A stretch of DNA of 64,000 nucleotides from Octopus vulgaris (taxonomy: Eukaryota): NCBI GenBank assembly GCA_951406725.2, contig OX597825.1:1922001-1986000 (forward strand), given 5' to 3'. Made by a program: the position numbers and the translations under genes. The first letter of the stretch is position 1, and every line of letters starts with the position of its first letter. The notes under the pieces are model-generated. The model was not told the origin of the DNA. It searched no databases and was given only the letters and a program-made list of their open reading frames with translations. This document shows positions 14,433 through 28,210 of the stretch, piece by piece.

Positions 14433-15484
14433 ATGCGTATATTATCTATATGTAAATATATATATATTTATATAATATACATGCACACACAAACACAAAT
14501 ACATGCATAATTTCAACAAATTATGCCACAAAGATTGTTCTGATGAACATATTTGATTTTCATGAAATAGTGTCGTGCACAAGACTCACCATTCTAGTAT
14601 TACTTTATTGGCATCAAATTCTAGCAACTCGATGATAAGAACGTTAGAGTAAACGTAGTAAACTGCTTAAAAATTCCGATCCCTCTTGATAATAATGTTA
14701 AGAAATACTTTTGAAAAATATTTATAAAAGCCAAAAAAGAGAAAGGATTTTTAAAAGAAGAATTAATCTATAATTCCATGTTTTTTAATTATTATTATTT
14801 TTTTTTTTTGAGATATGGAAGCATAATAAATACTGTCACACGCTAGAGAGTATGCTTGGATTTGTAGAACCGCAGAATTCCCAATTTAATGATTAGGTGG
14901 TCCACTATCAAACCCGAACTTTGATTATTAAGAGAATTCTGAATACCTTTTCATGTTGCTGCCACAGCGGTCGTACGCAGAGCTGTTCACATGCAACCTT
15001 CACTGGATTTTTGCATCAAACTTCTCTTTCATCCAATTTTATTCACATCTGTACCTTCATACATATCAGCATTATCAACGTGAGCATGTAGAATCAGAAC
15101 TTCATAGCAATGATGTATGGAAACATGCATCTCAACTATATGGAAAAATAATGTTATAAATATACATGCGAAAATATTTTTTGTATCTTCGGAGAAATAT
15201 ACGGAGAAGTGTGTGTGTGAGTGTGAAGGTGTATATAAGTAAGAATATGTGTTTCTGTGTGTATGTTGTAGGAATGTACGTATGCTCATGGTACTTATTA
15301 CTGTTTTGAGCAATTACATACACGCGGACATTAAATACGCTCATATACATGTCAAATGCATCTCAATATCTACCACCTGAACTATAATCATATATACGTA
15401 CACATACACCCTCCCCATATATTTATACATATATACGTATATGTGCGTGTATGTGCATGTATGTATGTGTGTGTGCGTGTGTGC

Positions 15485-15556
15485 ATGTATGTATGTATGT
15501 ATGTATGTATGTATGTATGTATGTATGTATGTATGTATGTATGTATGTATGTATGT
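15485..15556. repeat. (TATG)n microsatellite
   Basis: Read directly from the sequence. Confidence 0.98.
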
Positions 15557-16008
15557 ACGTGTGTATGTAAGCAAATATTCCTATTGCAATCTCGTGATTG
15601 AAGAGAGAATTAACTGCTGTAGTTGACATTTAAAGCCAACACGTGAATATCTCAATTGTGGGTTGATGCAGATATTTAAACTTATATATGAATATGCTTT
15701 GAGGAAAATTTGGCTACTATTTACATTGAGAGACGCCCTTTGGAAACTTTTGCCAGGCAAATAGTGTAGGATTGTGATTGAAAGGGACCAGAAGGTTATT
15801 TTTATCAGGTATAGCTACAGTATAGATGTCACTCAGTTGCTTATATAAAAATGCATAGGCCAATAGCGTGAGGAGTTAATGAGATTTGACTACTATTTCT
15901 ATCAAGTTGAAATATCATTTAGAAGTTATGTCGTTGGCTCTTACGTATGTAGGCTCATAGGATAGCCTATATTTAGACTGTTGTTTTACATCAAGAAGTC
16001 TCTGATAA

Positions 16009-16205
16009 GGCGGTGAGCTGACGGAATCGTTACCGCACCGGTCAAAATGCTTAGCAGCATTTCGTCCGTATTTACGTTCAGAGTTCAAATTCCGTCGAGG
16101 TCTACTTTGCCTTTCATCCTTTCGGGGTCGATAAAATAAGTATCAGTTGAGCACTGGGGTCCATGTGATCCGAAATTGCTGGCCTTGTGACAAAATTTGA
16201 AAGCG
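16009..16205 (+). mobile_element. tRNA-derived SINE family B
   Basis: Head GGCGGTGAGCTG, B-box-like GAGTTCAAATTCC, and core GCCTTTCATCCTTTCGGGGTCGATAAAATAAG shared with many copies in the window. Confidence 0.9.
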
Positions 16206-16225
16206 TTATTAACTCATACGTACAT

Positions 16226-16274
<49 letters not shown>

Positions 16275-17188
16275 ACACACACACACACAGATGAAAGTGA
16301 GAATCATAGAGAGAGACTGACGGGGGATTGAAAATGGCAGATGGACAAGCTGCCAGAAAAGGACCCACTAACGAGAGGATGTTTGACTGTTATTTCTCAA
16401 AGTAAATGTTATTCAAAATTCCAGCTGAGATGGTGAATTATAATATATATGGCTTTCTGGGTGTTCGCTTTGTAGTTCTGAATATCATTTGTGTCTACGC
16501 ATAAAAAATTCACACATCCAGACATAAAGTCGTAGGTGACCCGAGGCAGTTCAATAGCAACCAGCGTACAGGTGATTTCTAGTCAATACTTTGTTGCTAT
16601 TGTTACCACACATGAGGTGGATCTCGATTACGAATTTAGAGGTGTGAGAGACATTATTTGAAACAACAATGCTTTAGAGCTCTTTCATTATATTTTTCAC
16701 TATCGGTGGAGTAACTAATACACTTTAGTTCCAAGCAGAGCTACGATCAAAGGCTTCCCAACAGTCATTTTTTAGACATAACACAACGTAACTAAAATCA
16801 CATCATCCAACGAATTATTGCATTTTTCAAAACAGTAGAAAGTAATTACATTTTCTTTGAGTTGCTATTTCTAGCAGGTCAACCGAAGTACAAAAGTCCC
16901 TTCACTGCGATAAAGAAAATAATGTAGGCGGTCTTGGGGTGCTGACCGGTTTTGGTTTTTATACTGTTTATCTCGAGTGACTTCGCTTGATGGCTTCTAA
17001 TGAGATTGTTTATAAGAAAAAATGGCATAACATCCTGTTTCCGCCAAACGTAATGTTCGTCCTTGAGCCGAGTTCAATTAAACCGATGCATCTTTATCCA
17101 GTTACACACACCCGCATACATGCAAGGGTGTATGCGTGTGTTCTTGTATATGTGTGCGTGCGTATATATGTGTGTGTGTATATGTTTG

Positions 17189-17256
<68 letters not shown>

Positions 17257-17305
17257 ATAATAGAATATGTATCAATGTATTTATACGTAAATATGCATAA
17301 ATGTA

Positions 17306-17970
17306 CGTGGTGCTATCAAAAGGTTCCTGGACTAATTATGTCTAATAAAAATAATTTATTTACCTAAGTTTTAACATCATTTCTTTCGGAATAATCACCT
17401 TGCGCAGCAATACACCGGTCCCAGCATTCCTGCCACTTTTGAAATCCAGCCTGAAAGTTGTTTTCCGTAAGCGAGTCGAGGATCTTCGGTGATTCGCTCT
17501 TGATCTCGACGGTGGTGTTAAAACGGTTACTTCTGAGGTGTATTTTCATCTTGGAGAAGAGACGGAAGTCCGTAGGTGCTAAATCTAGCGAATAGGGCAG
17601 GTGCTGAAGCGATATCGTAAGCTTTTGGTCGAGAAACTCACGAGTGAGGAAAATTCGGTAACAGGGTGCGTTGTCGTCGTGAGGAATCATATGATTCACG
17701 TTCCACAGATCTGATCGTTTTTGCTGAATGTTTTCCTCCCTGAAACGCTTCAAAATGTCTTAGGAGAACTCTCGATCGACGGTCTGGCTCTGAGGGACAA
17801 ACTCTCGACGCACAATACTGCGGGTGTCGAAAACACGACGAGCATTATCTTGATTGAACCGCGGTCTCTGTCGTGTGCCCGTGCCACTCGAAACATTGCG
17901 CACGACTTACTGCCGCATGCCGAATCATGCTCAAAGTCTCTGTAATAGACTTCACAGGTTTAACACAAAA
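17306..17970 (-). mobile_element. mariner remnant, internally deleted, with 3' TIR
   Basis: ORF 17364-17753 contains HDDNAPCY and PYSLDLAPTDFRLF...WDRCIAAQGDY. An N-terminal HTH piece FCVK...SRAQCFEWH lies at ~17870-17970. TA + CGTGGTGCTATCAAAAGGTTCCTGGACT at 17304. Confidence 0.92.
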
Positions 17971-17974
17971 TTTG

Positions 17975-18865
17975 GAGTGTGTAGCTGAGCATTGTCGTCC
18001 TGTAGGTATGCACGCCTTCGACTCAAATGCCAGGTATCGGGCTTTCAAAGCATCATACACTCGCTGCAGTTGTTGAGCATATGGGATGATGTTCACAGCA
18101 TAACTATCTGGAACTAACTCAAAGCGTAATATCCCATCCAATGTCCCACCAAACACACATCATGGTTTTCTTTTCAAACCGCTCTTGTTTCATAGCAGGT
18201 TCTGAAGCCTCTTCAGAACGGAGCCACTGATTTCTCTCATTAGAAAATATATCCATATCTCCAGTTAAAATTCGATGCTAAAAACGGTCATCTCGAGGAT
18301 TTACCAACTGTTGTTTACAAGTGTTCTCACGTTATTGAACCGGGTCATTGGTTAGTTCCTGTGGAACTTCTCAACAGTGTCTGTTCGAAAAACCGAACTC
18401 ATGGAGGTGTCGAATGATGGTGCTTTGTGGAGGATAAAATTATGTCGACAATGTATGAGCGTTTGTGCTGTTGTTCAACTATTTCAAGCAAAAACTCATC
18501 TTTCACAAAAGATCTCCCTGACCTTTGTCTTCGAGGTTTGTATCAATTTCCTTAAAACCTCTGAAGCAGTTTTGTGCCTCACGTTCGTTGACAGTTCCTG
18601 GGCCTTCCACATTATTAATTCCTTTTGCTGGTGTCCTTGCACTCAGTTTTTTTTTCCACAGGTACCATAAAATGGCGGCTCTAATTGCAATTTGCATCTC
18701 TAAAATAAGGAATAAACAATTAATGTTCGTATGTTATGCATGAAAATAAAGAATAAACAATTCAGCAACGATTGGACGACAGAAGTTTCTTTCAAATTAA
18801 TGTAACAGGGAGATACAAGCTGACAGAAACCATCAGTGAAATCCGAAAACTTTGGCACACACAGG
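17975..18865 (-). mobile_element. Second, distinct mariner remnant (5' two-thirds)
   Basis: ORF 18503-18697 (MQIAIRAAILWYLWKK...EGPGTVNEREAQNCF...DTNLEDK), then RILTGD, KKTMMCVWWD and ELVPDSYAVNIIPYAQQLQRV; truncated near the QDNA motif. Possible 5' TIR ends at 18865 next to TA. Confidence 0.88.
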
Positions 18866-18889
18866 TACGAACGCGAACACAAATACACA

Positions 18890-18940
<51 letters not shown>

Positions 18941-19999
18941 TTAATTTGATATTTGTTTTTAGTTTGTTTTCCCCAACACAGCCGAGACCTTAGAGAACCA
19001 CCTTTAGAGTCGTATGCAACGTTTCTTTTTGTAATTTCTGTTCGAACCCTAGGGTCCAATGTATTTTTTTTATTACACCAGTAAAGGTAGAATTTTTGGA
19101 TGGGAATCAACAATGTGAAGGAGCCAGTTTGCGATGTTAGACGAAGTCTTTTATAAAATGGTTGATTTCGTATGTGAGAAGAAAATGTATCAAGATGCTT
19201 TTTAAAAGTCTTCGTGAAGGTCACTTTCACGTTTTGTAATCCTTTGGGTTGACAGTTGTACAAGTAAGGAGCTTTTTTTATGAGAAAATGCAAAGGATAA
19301 CAATGGTAGAGATGAAAGAAAGATCTGAAGGGATCCATACACACACACAGACACACACACACACACTTTGCCTTACCGTTTACAATGTCGTTCCAAAGAT
19401 GAGAAGCTTTACCCCAACTTAAGTTCTCCGATTTTACTATCTCACTGATAGATCATATTCCTGGGCTTAAGTCGAACTTTCTGAATACAGTGAATATACA
19501 GAATGACAACATCGCACTATCTCTTGTAATGCCAACAAGTTTCCGAAAAGTATGATTATGTTTCGATTTCGACAAACGTACACCTGCAAACATAGCAATG
19601 AATAGATCATAAACGCACTCCGACTTTTGAAGTGAGTGGTTAAGTTACATAGTTGAAAATTTCCGAAACGTAAAGCATGGAATTTTGTAGCACTGATCGA
19701 TCCCCCCCCCCCACAGCTCTAAATGGCAGGTATGACTTGATGAAGTCCATCGATATACTTGTTTATTGTGATCTGTAGCGTCACTGCAATATCATTTGTA
19801 TAGGCGTTTCCAAGTGTATTTGTTTTGTGTGTTTCTGACAACTTTAAGATGAACAAACAGGGACTTACGACTGTAACTTTTTGATATTCTGGAAGTTGCT
19901 TTGTTGGCCCACCCTATCTGACTACAGTCTTTCAAAATAAATAAATATAAAAAAAAATTAATAAAATTTATGAGATCCAAATTCTAGATCTTCCTAATA

Positions 20000-21160
20000 T
20001 GTTATTTCAACTTGTGAAATAAGATTCCATTAGACAAAACCTTCAGTAAAACCAAAGTATACACAGCCAGCCCTTGCTTCGTTGGTAGACTCTTCAAAAA
20101 TTGTTGAACCGAAACTGTGTTGCGTGTTGTGAAAGAGCTTTTGTGGGTTTAAATAGTTTATTTCACTTTGATACATTCTCTCTCGTATTTATGCAAAGTG
20201 GTCTTTAAACGAAAGAAGCCTGTGACTATTTGTCTGTGCGACACTAATAACTTTATAAATCAGTGTCATTGTTTCTTTCAACACTTCCGGTTGTTGTTTT
20301 GTGTTTAGATCTGATAAAGTATTTTTAGGAGACTAGCAGGTCTGGTTTTTCAAGATTGTAGTAGTAAAGCTGGAAGGTCAACCGTTTTGGGAGATATTTT
20401 AATGTCAAGATATCTTATTATCTCGATTAAGTCGTATTCTGTCAAGTTCGTACGCGTTTGAGTGTTTTGGACTGCTGTCTTGTCGAATATTTCAGTTGCT
20501 CAACATGTTACCCTTCGGAAAGTAGTGTCCATATGGCTCTTGAATAGATGGTAAGTCGTGAAGAGCTGTTCGTTTTCGAGTTACCTTCATATTGAAACTG
20601 ACTGATCGTTTGATTTTAAGTCTAGACACTCACATACACAAAAGAAGAAAGCTTTTCAATTTGATTTTTATTCGCTTCACCGCTAAAATAATTATCTTCA
20701 TCTTTATTTTTTTGAAAGCTAATTGTGCAACATCAATCATGGTTTTCAACTTTTTTATGGTTTCTCCTTGTGAATAACAAATCGCTGAGATCACCAGTAA
20801 TATTCGATCGTTTCTTTATCTGCAGACGCTTGTCTCTGGGAATAGTGGTTTTCCGTTTATTACTTGGATGTCCGAGACAAGCCTGGGGCTTTACTGTTTA
20901 CAATATACTCATCATGAGTAGAAGCGAATTGCCATAGTGAGGCGATTGTTTGTTAAACCTTTTGTGAAAAGAAAATTGTTTCTGTTTTTTTTATAATTGT
21001 AGATTTCTGGGGCAACTGCTGCCATGTTGTTTTATACATGTGTTAATTAGATTTACAGTGGGTTGTGTAGTAGAACTAGTATTTCTGTAGATGTGGGTGT
21101 AATTTCTGAGACTTTCTGATGATTCGTAATTGTTTTAAATGTTTGTGTGAGAGTTCTTAA
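20000..21160 (-). mobile_element. Highly degraded Penelope-like retroelement (RT region)
   Basis: Broken motifs on the minus strand: LTM-GNSL..MMSI (like GLAMGSPLSP), R...ILLVIS (like RYVDDI) and QNG*PSSF (like NGYP). Confidence 0.45.
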
Positions 21161-21205
21161 AAGATGCAGATTACTCTTGGTTTGTAATATTTACCATGTT
21201 ATAAG

Positions 21206-21420
21206 GGCGGCCAGCTGGCAGGATCGTTAGCACGTCGGACGAAATGCTTAGTGGTGTTTCGTCCGTCTTCACATGATGAGTTCAAATTCCACCAAGATCG
21301 ACTTTGCCTTTCATCCCTTCGGGGGTCGATGAAAAGAAATTACCAGTCGTGTAGTGGGATCGGTGTAATCGACTCACTCCCTTCCACTAAAGTGCTGCAC
21401 TCGTACCAAGATTTGAAACC
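21206..21420 (+). mobile_element. SINE family B
   Basis: GGCGGCCAGCTGGCAGGATCGTTAGC...GAGTTCAAATTCC...GCCTTTCATCCCTTCGGGGGTCGAT. Confidence 0.9.
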
Positions 21421-21509
21421 ATTCTTTACTATGTCATATCGAGTGATTTGGAGAAAGTATGGGTGTTTTTTCTGTCAATATGTACAGAGCTGTTTGTTGA
21501 TGTTTATTT

Positions 21510-21910
21510 GTTTAGAACCAGCTGAACTTTCGTGAAGTACACCTATGATCAAAGGCAATTCAACCATAACTGGTTTCTGAGGGTGGAATGCGAAGCTGTC
21601 TCTAAACCTTTAATATCTTATGTAACTTTTTATTTTCCATGATGTTAGGCTGAAATTCGAGGGAGATTTGGTAGATATTTCTAGCAATCTGGTTGAGACA
21701 TAAAGACATCCCACGTTAGATCATACGTCTCTCTCTTGCTGTTTTGTATGACAAGTTCAGTGTCACTTAAGCTGACTTATCGTCTAAGACATTTCAACCA
21801 TGACCATCCCGTTTTTTTCGTCTGTATGGAGGACTCCATTAGCCAGTGTATGCTTCGTTTTGTTGAGACAATAGAGTGCGAGGGAGATGCATTTAGCTGG
21901 TATTTCTGGA
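21510..21910 (+). repeat. Old interspersed repeat family D (two degenerate copies)
   Basis: Recurrent motifs CTATGATCAAAGGCA.TTC.A.C and GAGGGAGATTTGG...TATTTCTAGCA, also seen at ~16740-16890, ~27050-27125 and reversed at 58050-59510. Confidence 0.55.
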
Positions 21911-23168
21911 GGATCCGTAGCTGGCTCGTGGGTGTGTGTGTCGTTTTAGTTTAACGTGAGCGAGAGAGCAAAGACCGGTATTAACAACTGTAGAAGCAAC
22001 AACATCACCAGCAGAAGCAATAGTAATAGTAGTGGTAGCATCACCACCATCATCAACAGCAACAATGGGAATAGTAGTAATAATAAGAGCAACAGCAGCT
22101 GCTGCAGAAGCAGCGAGAAGCAGAGGCAGAGGAATTCTAAGTGTTTCAGAAGTTGTGATGAACGTGAAACTGTCTTGTTGCTACTGTATGGGAGTAGCAG
22201 AGGAATGAGGGGAGGGGTAGGGAGAGGGACTAATTGAGGGAGAAGGGGGTGGGAGAAAGAGAGGGAGAGAGAGGAGGGAGATAAAATGAGAGAAAGGGAG
22301 GGAGGGAGAAATAGAATGAGAGAAAGAGAGAGAGAGAGGGGAAATGCAAACAAAAAAAATGGAAGATATTATAGGAGTTATGGAGAATAAGGAAAGAAAA
22401 TAGAAACGAACACACGAACACATACAACACAATGAGTGAGAGAAAGGGGGGAGAGAGAGGGAGTGGGGTAGAGAGAACGAGAGACAGATGGACAGAAATA
22501 TAACGAGAACCTATGGGGAAATAAAGACAAACATATACGCACACACACACACACACACGTATGTATATATATATATGTATGTATGTAACGCATACATATG
22601 CGTGTGTGTTGTATACATAACTGAGATAGAGAAGGAGAGAAGGAGAGAAGGAGAGAGAAGGGCAGAGCTATTAGCAAGTGCCATGCGAAAACATTCAGTT
22701 GTAACAAATGGAGTCTAATGAATAGCTTTCGTTGGGGCCCCACCGCCAAGAAGCGACCGGGGTGCGGCAGACGGTTTACTAGACACACGATGCCAGCGAG
22801 GTTCATGTGTTGCTTATTTGTTTCTTTCATTGGTTTATTCATCTTTTTTTTGTTGTTGTGCTTCTGTTCTTTTTTTTTCTGTTTGACAGTCAGGCAATGA
22901 TTAGGATGTTGATGATTCTTAATAATGAAGGCGATGAAGGCGGCGCGGCCGATGCTGAGATGCTGACAAGCTTTTCTCGGCTTTTCTTTTATAGTATTAC
23001 GTTGGAGTGTTCTGACATCGCTTCTACAAGCAGTGGTAGATGATGCGGTTCGCCCCTCTTGGGCGGGGGTGAGGGCGACGAAAGATTTTGATGAAAGAAG
23101 GCTTTTTTTTGATGTTGTTGCTTTCTATGCGTATATGTCTCTCTCTCTCTTTCTGTATATTACTAAGC

Positions 23169-23278
<110 letters not shown>

Positions 23279-23396
23279 ATCTATATACACATTTAACGTA
23301 GATAAATACATATCGATAGAACCATAGGCATAGGAATGTATAGTGAGAGAGAAAGATAGGCATACATGTATATGGGTATGCATATATGTATACATG

Positions 23397-23430
<34 letters not shown>

Positions 23431-23528
23431 TGTATGTATGTATATGTGTGGGTGTGAGAGCACTTTTAGTCGTCAAAATATACATGAGTCTGCCATAAAG
23501 AAAAACAGAAAAGCGGACACACACATAG

Positions 23529-23549
23529 AGATAGATAGATAGATAGATG

Positions 23550-23636
<87 letters not shown>

Positions 23637-23640
23637 GGAG

Positions 23641-23677
<37 letters not shown>

Positions 23678-23688
23678 TATAGATGGAG

Positions 23689-23772
<84 letters not shown>
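23529..23772. repeat. Long (AGAT)n microsatellite
   Basis: Read directly from the sequence; ~240 bp with few interruptions. Confidence 0.98.
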
Positions 23773-23774
<2 letters not shown>

Positions 23775-23867
23775 CAATAACCCTCACATTCGGCAAGAAT
23801 CTACTTCCATAATAACCTCGACTTGACCAATACTTTCTGAGTAGAATTCGGTTGAAGGAATCGCGTG

Positions 23868-24088
23868 TACATACACACATACATACATACATACATACAC
23901 ACATACATACATACATACATACACACATACATACATACATCAATACACACATACATACATCAATACATAGATACATACATACATACACACATACATACAT
24001 ACATACATACACACATACATACATACATCAATACACACATACATACATCAATACATAGATACATACATACATATACACATACATACAT
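23868..24088. repeat. (CATA/CACA)n repeat with higher-order duplication
   Basis: The variant block CAATACACACATACATACATCAATACATAGAT occurs at 23941 and 24029. Confidence 0.9.
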
Positions 24089-24459
24089 GTGTGTTTTGTG
24101 AGACTCTTTCCCCCCCCGCCTCTCTCTGTATCTATAAATATATATCTTTAAAAAGTCGATATTATCATCTATACCCATCATTGAAATTGCCCCGTGTGCC
24201 TGATCGATACAAATCAATATTCTTCCGAGTATTGTTATTGTTGTAGTTACTGCTTTTAAAATGAATGATTGTTGCTGTTCTCATTCGAATTGTCCCCGAT
24301 GACATAATTGGCATTTGAGATGATGCCAAGTGCACGCATGCCCGCTGGATGCACGTCACAGCTTCACGTTTTATTCAGAATTCTGAAATATTTCTCAAAA
24401 TATAATGACTGAAATTTACGAAGTGAATCTTTCAACCTTTAACATCTTCTCTACCGGAT

Positions 24460-24872
<413 letters not shown>

Positions 24873-24929
24873 TCACCCTTATTTTGGAACCCCAACGATT
24901 CAAAGAGTTAGTTATTTGATAGCCGGATC

Positions 24930-25763
24930 CGTCCCACACGTGAGATCGCAGCCATTCGACATAACTCCACAAAAGTCGGCGATACTCAGGTGCTGTACGA
25001 GCGCGTTCAGGATGTTTTCGTCGTTCTCTTCGAATGTGAGGCCGGCGCGACAGACAGCAGTACTATGCCTGTAGAGGTTATCTCGAATCATCTATATCTA
25101 TATCTACCACCCGGTAGCTCTGCCAGGCCAGGAATTTCTGGAAATTATCAACGGGCCCCTACCTGAAAGTCCTCTGGAAAATAGCAGCCAGCTGATTGTT
25201 GATTCACATCCACGCCCAGTATTCCCGAGACGATCGTCACACTTACCCACTATCGAACGACAGGATCGAACATCTACCGACTCTTAGAAGCGGGAGCGCT
25301 TGAGGGAACTGTAGGCATTAAGAGCCCACTTCGGTCTACTCTCGATCGAGGACTACAACTTTGTCAATGAGATGAGTCGTAGAAAGGCTGAGGACGCTCG
25401 ACCTTTATTCTCTTGAAAAACGCCGCCGCCGTGGTGATCTCATTCTCGCCCACAACATCATAAGCGGAAAGTGTAACCTCTCGAAAGAGCTGTTCTTCAC
25501 TCCTGCTCCAGAGCGTCGGCTGCGGGGTCATTCCGAAAAGCTCTACCTGCGACAATTTCATCTCAATCGAAGGAGAGGAGCTTTCTCCGTCCGGGTTGCG
25601 GATCCGTGGAACAAGCTGCCAGACGAGATGGTGAAGATGCCGACGACCGCTTTGTTCAAAGCCTCCATGGACCTCAAGTGGCCTGAACTCTTTACATGAA
25701 CACCACCTTGTACTTAACTCCATGTCCCCCTACATGGCCTTGCTATTTGCTTTTGAGCCAAAT

Positions 25764-25794
<31 letters not shown>

Positions 25795-26130
25795 AAAGCG
25801 TATCCAGTAAACAGCGATCAGGTGTTCCCGCCGTGAAAGACCCGCTGGAGACACCATGGGCCCAGTGCATGCGTCTGCATCATTAACACAACATGACCAT
25901 CCTTCCACACAACGGAGAGTAAGAGGCGCCCTCAACTGGCCGAACGCATCCTACTGGACGGTTTCGGGTCCGACAGATGACCAGTTACTCTGACCGCCGA
26001 GTAAGTTCCACTGCAACGATCCAGCTTGCAGGAAAACCGCCAAACATTGATATTCAACTCTATTAAAAGCTTTCGACTGATCCATTGCAGTTTCTTTACC
26101 CGGGTCGCTTCTTCACATTGCGGGTTGACT
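24930..26130 (+). mobile_element. Old CR1/L2-like LINE remnant, interrupted by the younger CR1
   Basis: RPTREIAA...GDTQVLYERVQDVF (like RPxLEYA...DIxxLERVQR) at ~24933-25020, LPTL at ~25275 and SFFTRV at ~26090. Confidence 0.4.
25382..25795 (+). mobile_element. Young 5'-truncated CR1-clade LINE (ORF2 C-terminus, 3' UTR, (AACT)n tail)
   Basis: Uninterrupted frame 25382-25699: ERLRTLDLYSLEKRRRRGDLI...RLRGHSEKL...FSVRVADPWNKLP...FKASMDLKWPELFT*, followed by a short UTR and an (AACT)n tail. Confidence 0.93.
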
Positions 26131-27306
26131 CAGAGATGCGTAGATCTCAATGTCATTCAGAAGAAATGCCCAGAGCATTTCCCCTGTAATCCTAAAGATA
26201 CTGCCGACTCTCACATTAACAACAGCAATATTTGTCATCATCGTCATCACCATATCCTTCACCCCGCCTCCTCCTCCTCTTAATCCTCCTCCTCCTCCTC
26301 CTCCATCTCCTCAGCAGTATCATGGCAGTTTTGGTGAGGAGGGGGAACTTTGTGGATCTGTTTGTATTTAGCTGTCGATGGACTTGTGCCAAAGCAACAA
26401 CATCGACTGCTGCTGCTGCTATTACTACACCTGCTACAGCTAGTGGTGCTGCTGCTGCATACAGTGGGATCGAACCCCAGGAACCGTGTTTGTGTATCGA
26501 ACTTGTTACCCATTCGACCATACTGCGCCAACATACACACACACAACCGTTCAAGAATTTTGACCTGGAGATCTCCATTTCCAGCGACTTCGAGGGCCAC
26601 CCCCCAGTGGTGTCGGGCCTTAACGAAGAGCCCCCGACTACAACAAGACGACCAAAGTTTTTTTTTTCCAAGGCCTGGGGTCTCCCGCCCCTAAACCCTA
26701 GACCATCACCTAATCACCCTTACCCCTCTTGTTGCTTAACAACAACAACACACACACACATATAAGCTTACACATGCAACACACACAAGCACATATATGC
26801 ACATACACATGCACATATACATGCATACGCACTTGCACACACACACATACACTTATAGAGCTACACACGTGTATATATACATACATGTCTACTTGAGTGA
26901 GTCTGTGTGCGCATGCGCGTCTGTCTGTATATATTTTTTTTATCAATAGCTGGGTATTTATATTCGTATTACAACTCCATCCCTCAGCTCCCTACCATTC
27001 AGTTTCTTTTTTTCTTGCATTTTTTTTAAGATCACGGCTGGATGAGGATGATTTGAGGGAAAATTGTTTACTATTTCTAATAAGTCGAACGATCACTTAC
27101 AAGCAGTCTAGCCTCGTTGGCTCGACACTATTGTTTCTCTATGGTATGTGTTTTGATATAGAATGTCTTTGAAGCTGTTGTTGTTGTTGTTGGTAATGAG
27201 AAACACAAATATGATATCTTAAGCTCTCAGAAGTCCTATGATTAACCTACTGACGGAGTTGTATCAGGTTACAGAAATAAGACACAATAATAAGCGACGA
27301 TAAAAG

Positions 27307-27341
<35 letters not shown>

Positions 27342-27834
27342 CATAACTGCAGTAGTAGTACCACTAGTTGTAGTAGTAATACCAGCAGCTATTGATGTTG
27401 TTGCTTTGGTTCAAGACGGCTCTCATCGACCACATCAATGAGCAAAAGTATTTAAGAAGTGACAAGATATTCTTTGTTTTATTCATGCATAATATACACA
27501 GCACTACATTATCCCTTGTAACCTCACTTTATAAGACGGCCATGCAAGTTCTGAAGATGTTTGTGTTGCTATTTATAAAGTACGTTTAGGTTTTCTTCTT
27601 GGCTTAGTATACTTCTGATAATACATAGTAGCTGTAGTAATAATAGTTTTTTTTTCACTGGCACAAGACCACTAATTTGGAAGGATGAGTTTTGTCACAG
27701 TTTTCTATTCATAGATTTAAGCACATCTAGGGTACTCTGCTGCAGTGTTAACTACACTTACTTTCATGCGAAACCCTTGTATAGTTTCTCCCAAAATCAC
27801 AGAACCTGTATTTACGTATTTTATGGAGAACTTA

Positions 27835-27970
27835 GGCACAGGCGTGGCTGTGTGGTAAGAAGCTGGCTTCACAATCAGGATCATTGGGAAAATGTCTTCT
27901 ACTATAAGCCTTGGGTCAACAAAAGCCTTGCAAGTTGATTTGGAAGACGGAAACTGAAAGAAGCCTGTCG

Positions 27971-28018
<48 letters not shown>

Positions 28019-28150
28019 CGTCTTTCTCCACCGCTTGACAACTGGGTTTGGTGTGTTTACGTCTCCGTAACTTAGCGGTTCGGTAAAAAGAAAAGATATA
28101 AGTACCAAGCTTTAAAAAAAAACCATGTACTGGAGTCGATACGCTCGATT
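27835..28150 (+). mobile_element. SINE family A
   Basis: Head CAGGCGTGGCTGTGTGGTAAGAAG, CORE-like TTGGG.AA.TGTCTTCTACTATA, internal (TG)n, and body CTTAGCGGTTCGG. Confidence 0.9.
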
Positions 28151-28210
28151 AAACCCAGGTTTCACGGGGAAAATACCCTGGGAAGCACTACTCTTCAGGA
28201 ATATCGAAGA

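Noticed and set aside
26232-26765. 177-aa ORF with an apparent signal peptide
   Set aside because: The Leu run derives from (CCT)n and the Ala runs from (GCT)n; there is no recognisable domain and several overlapping frames are open.
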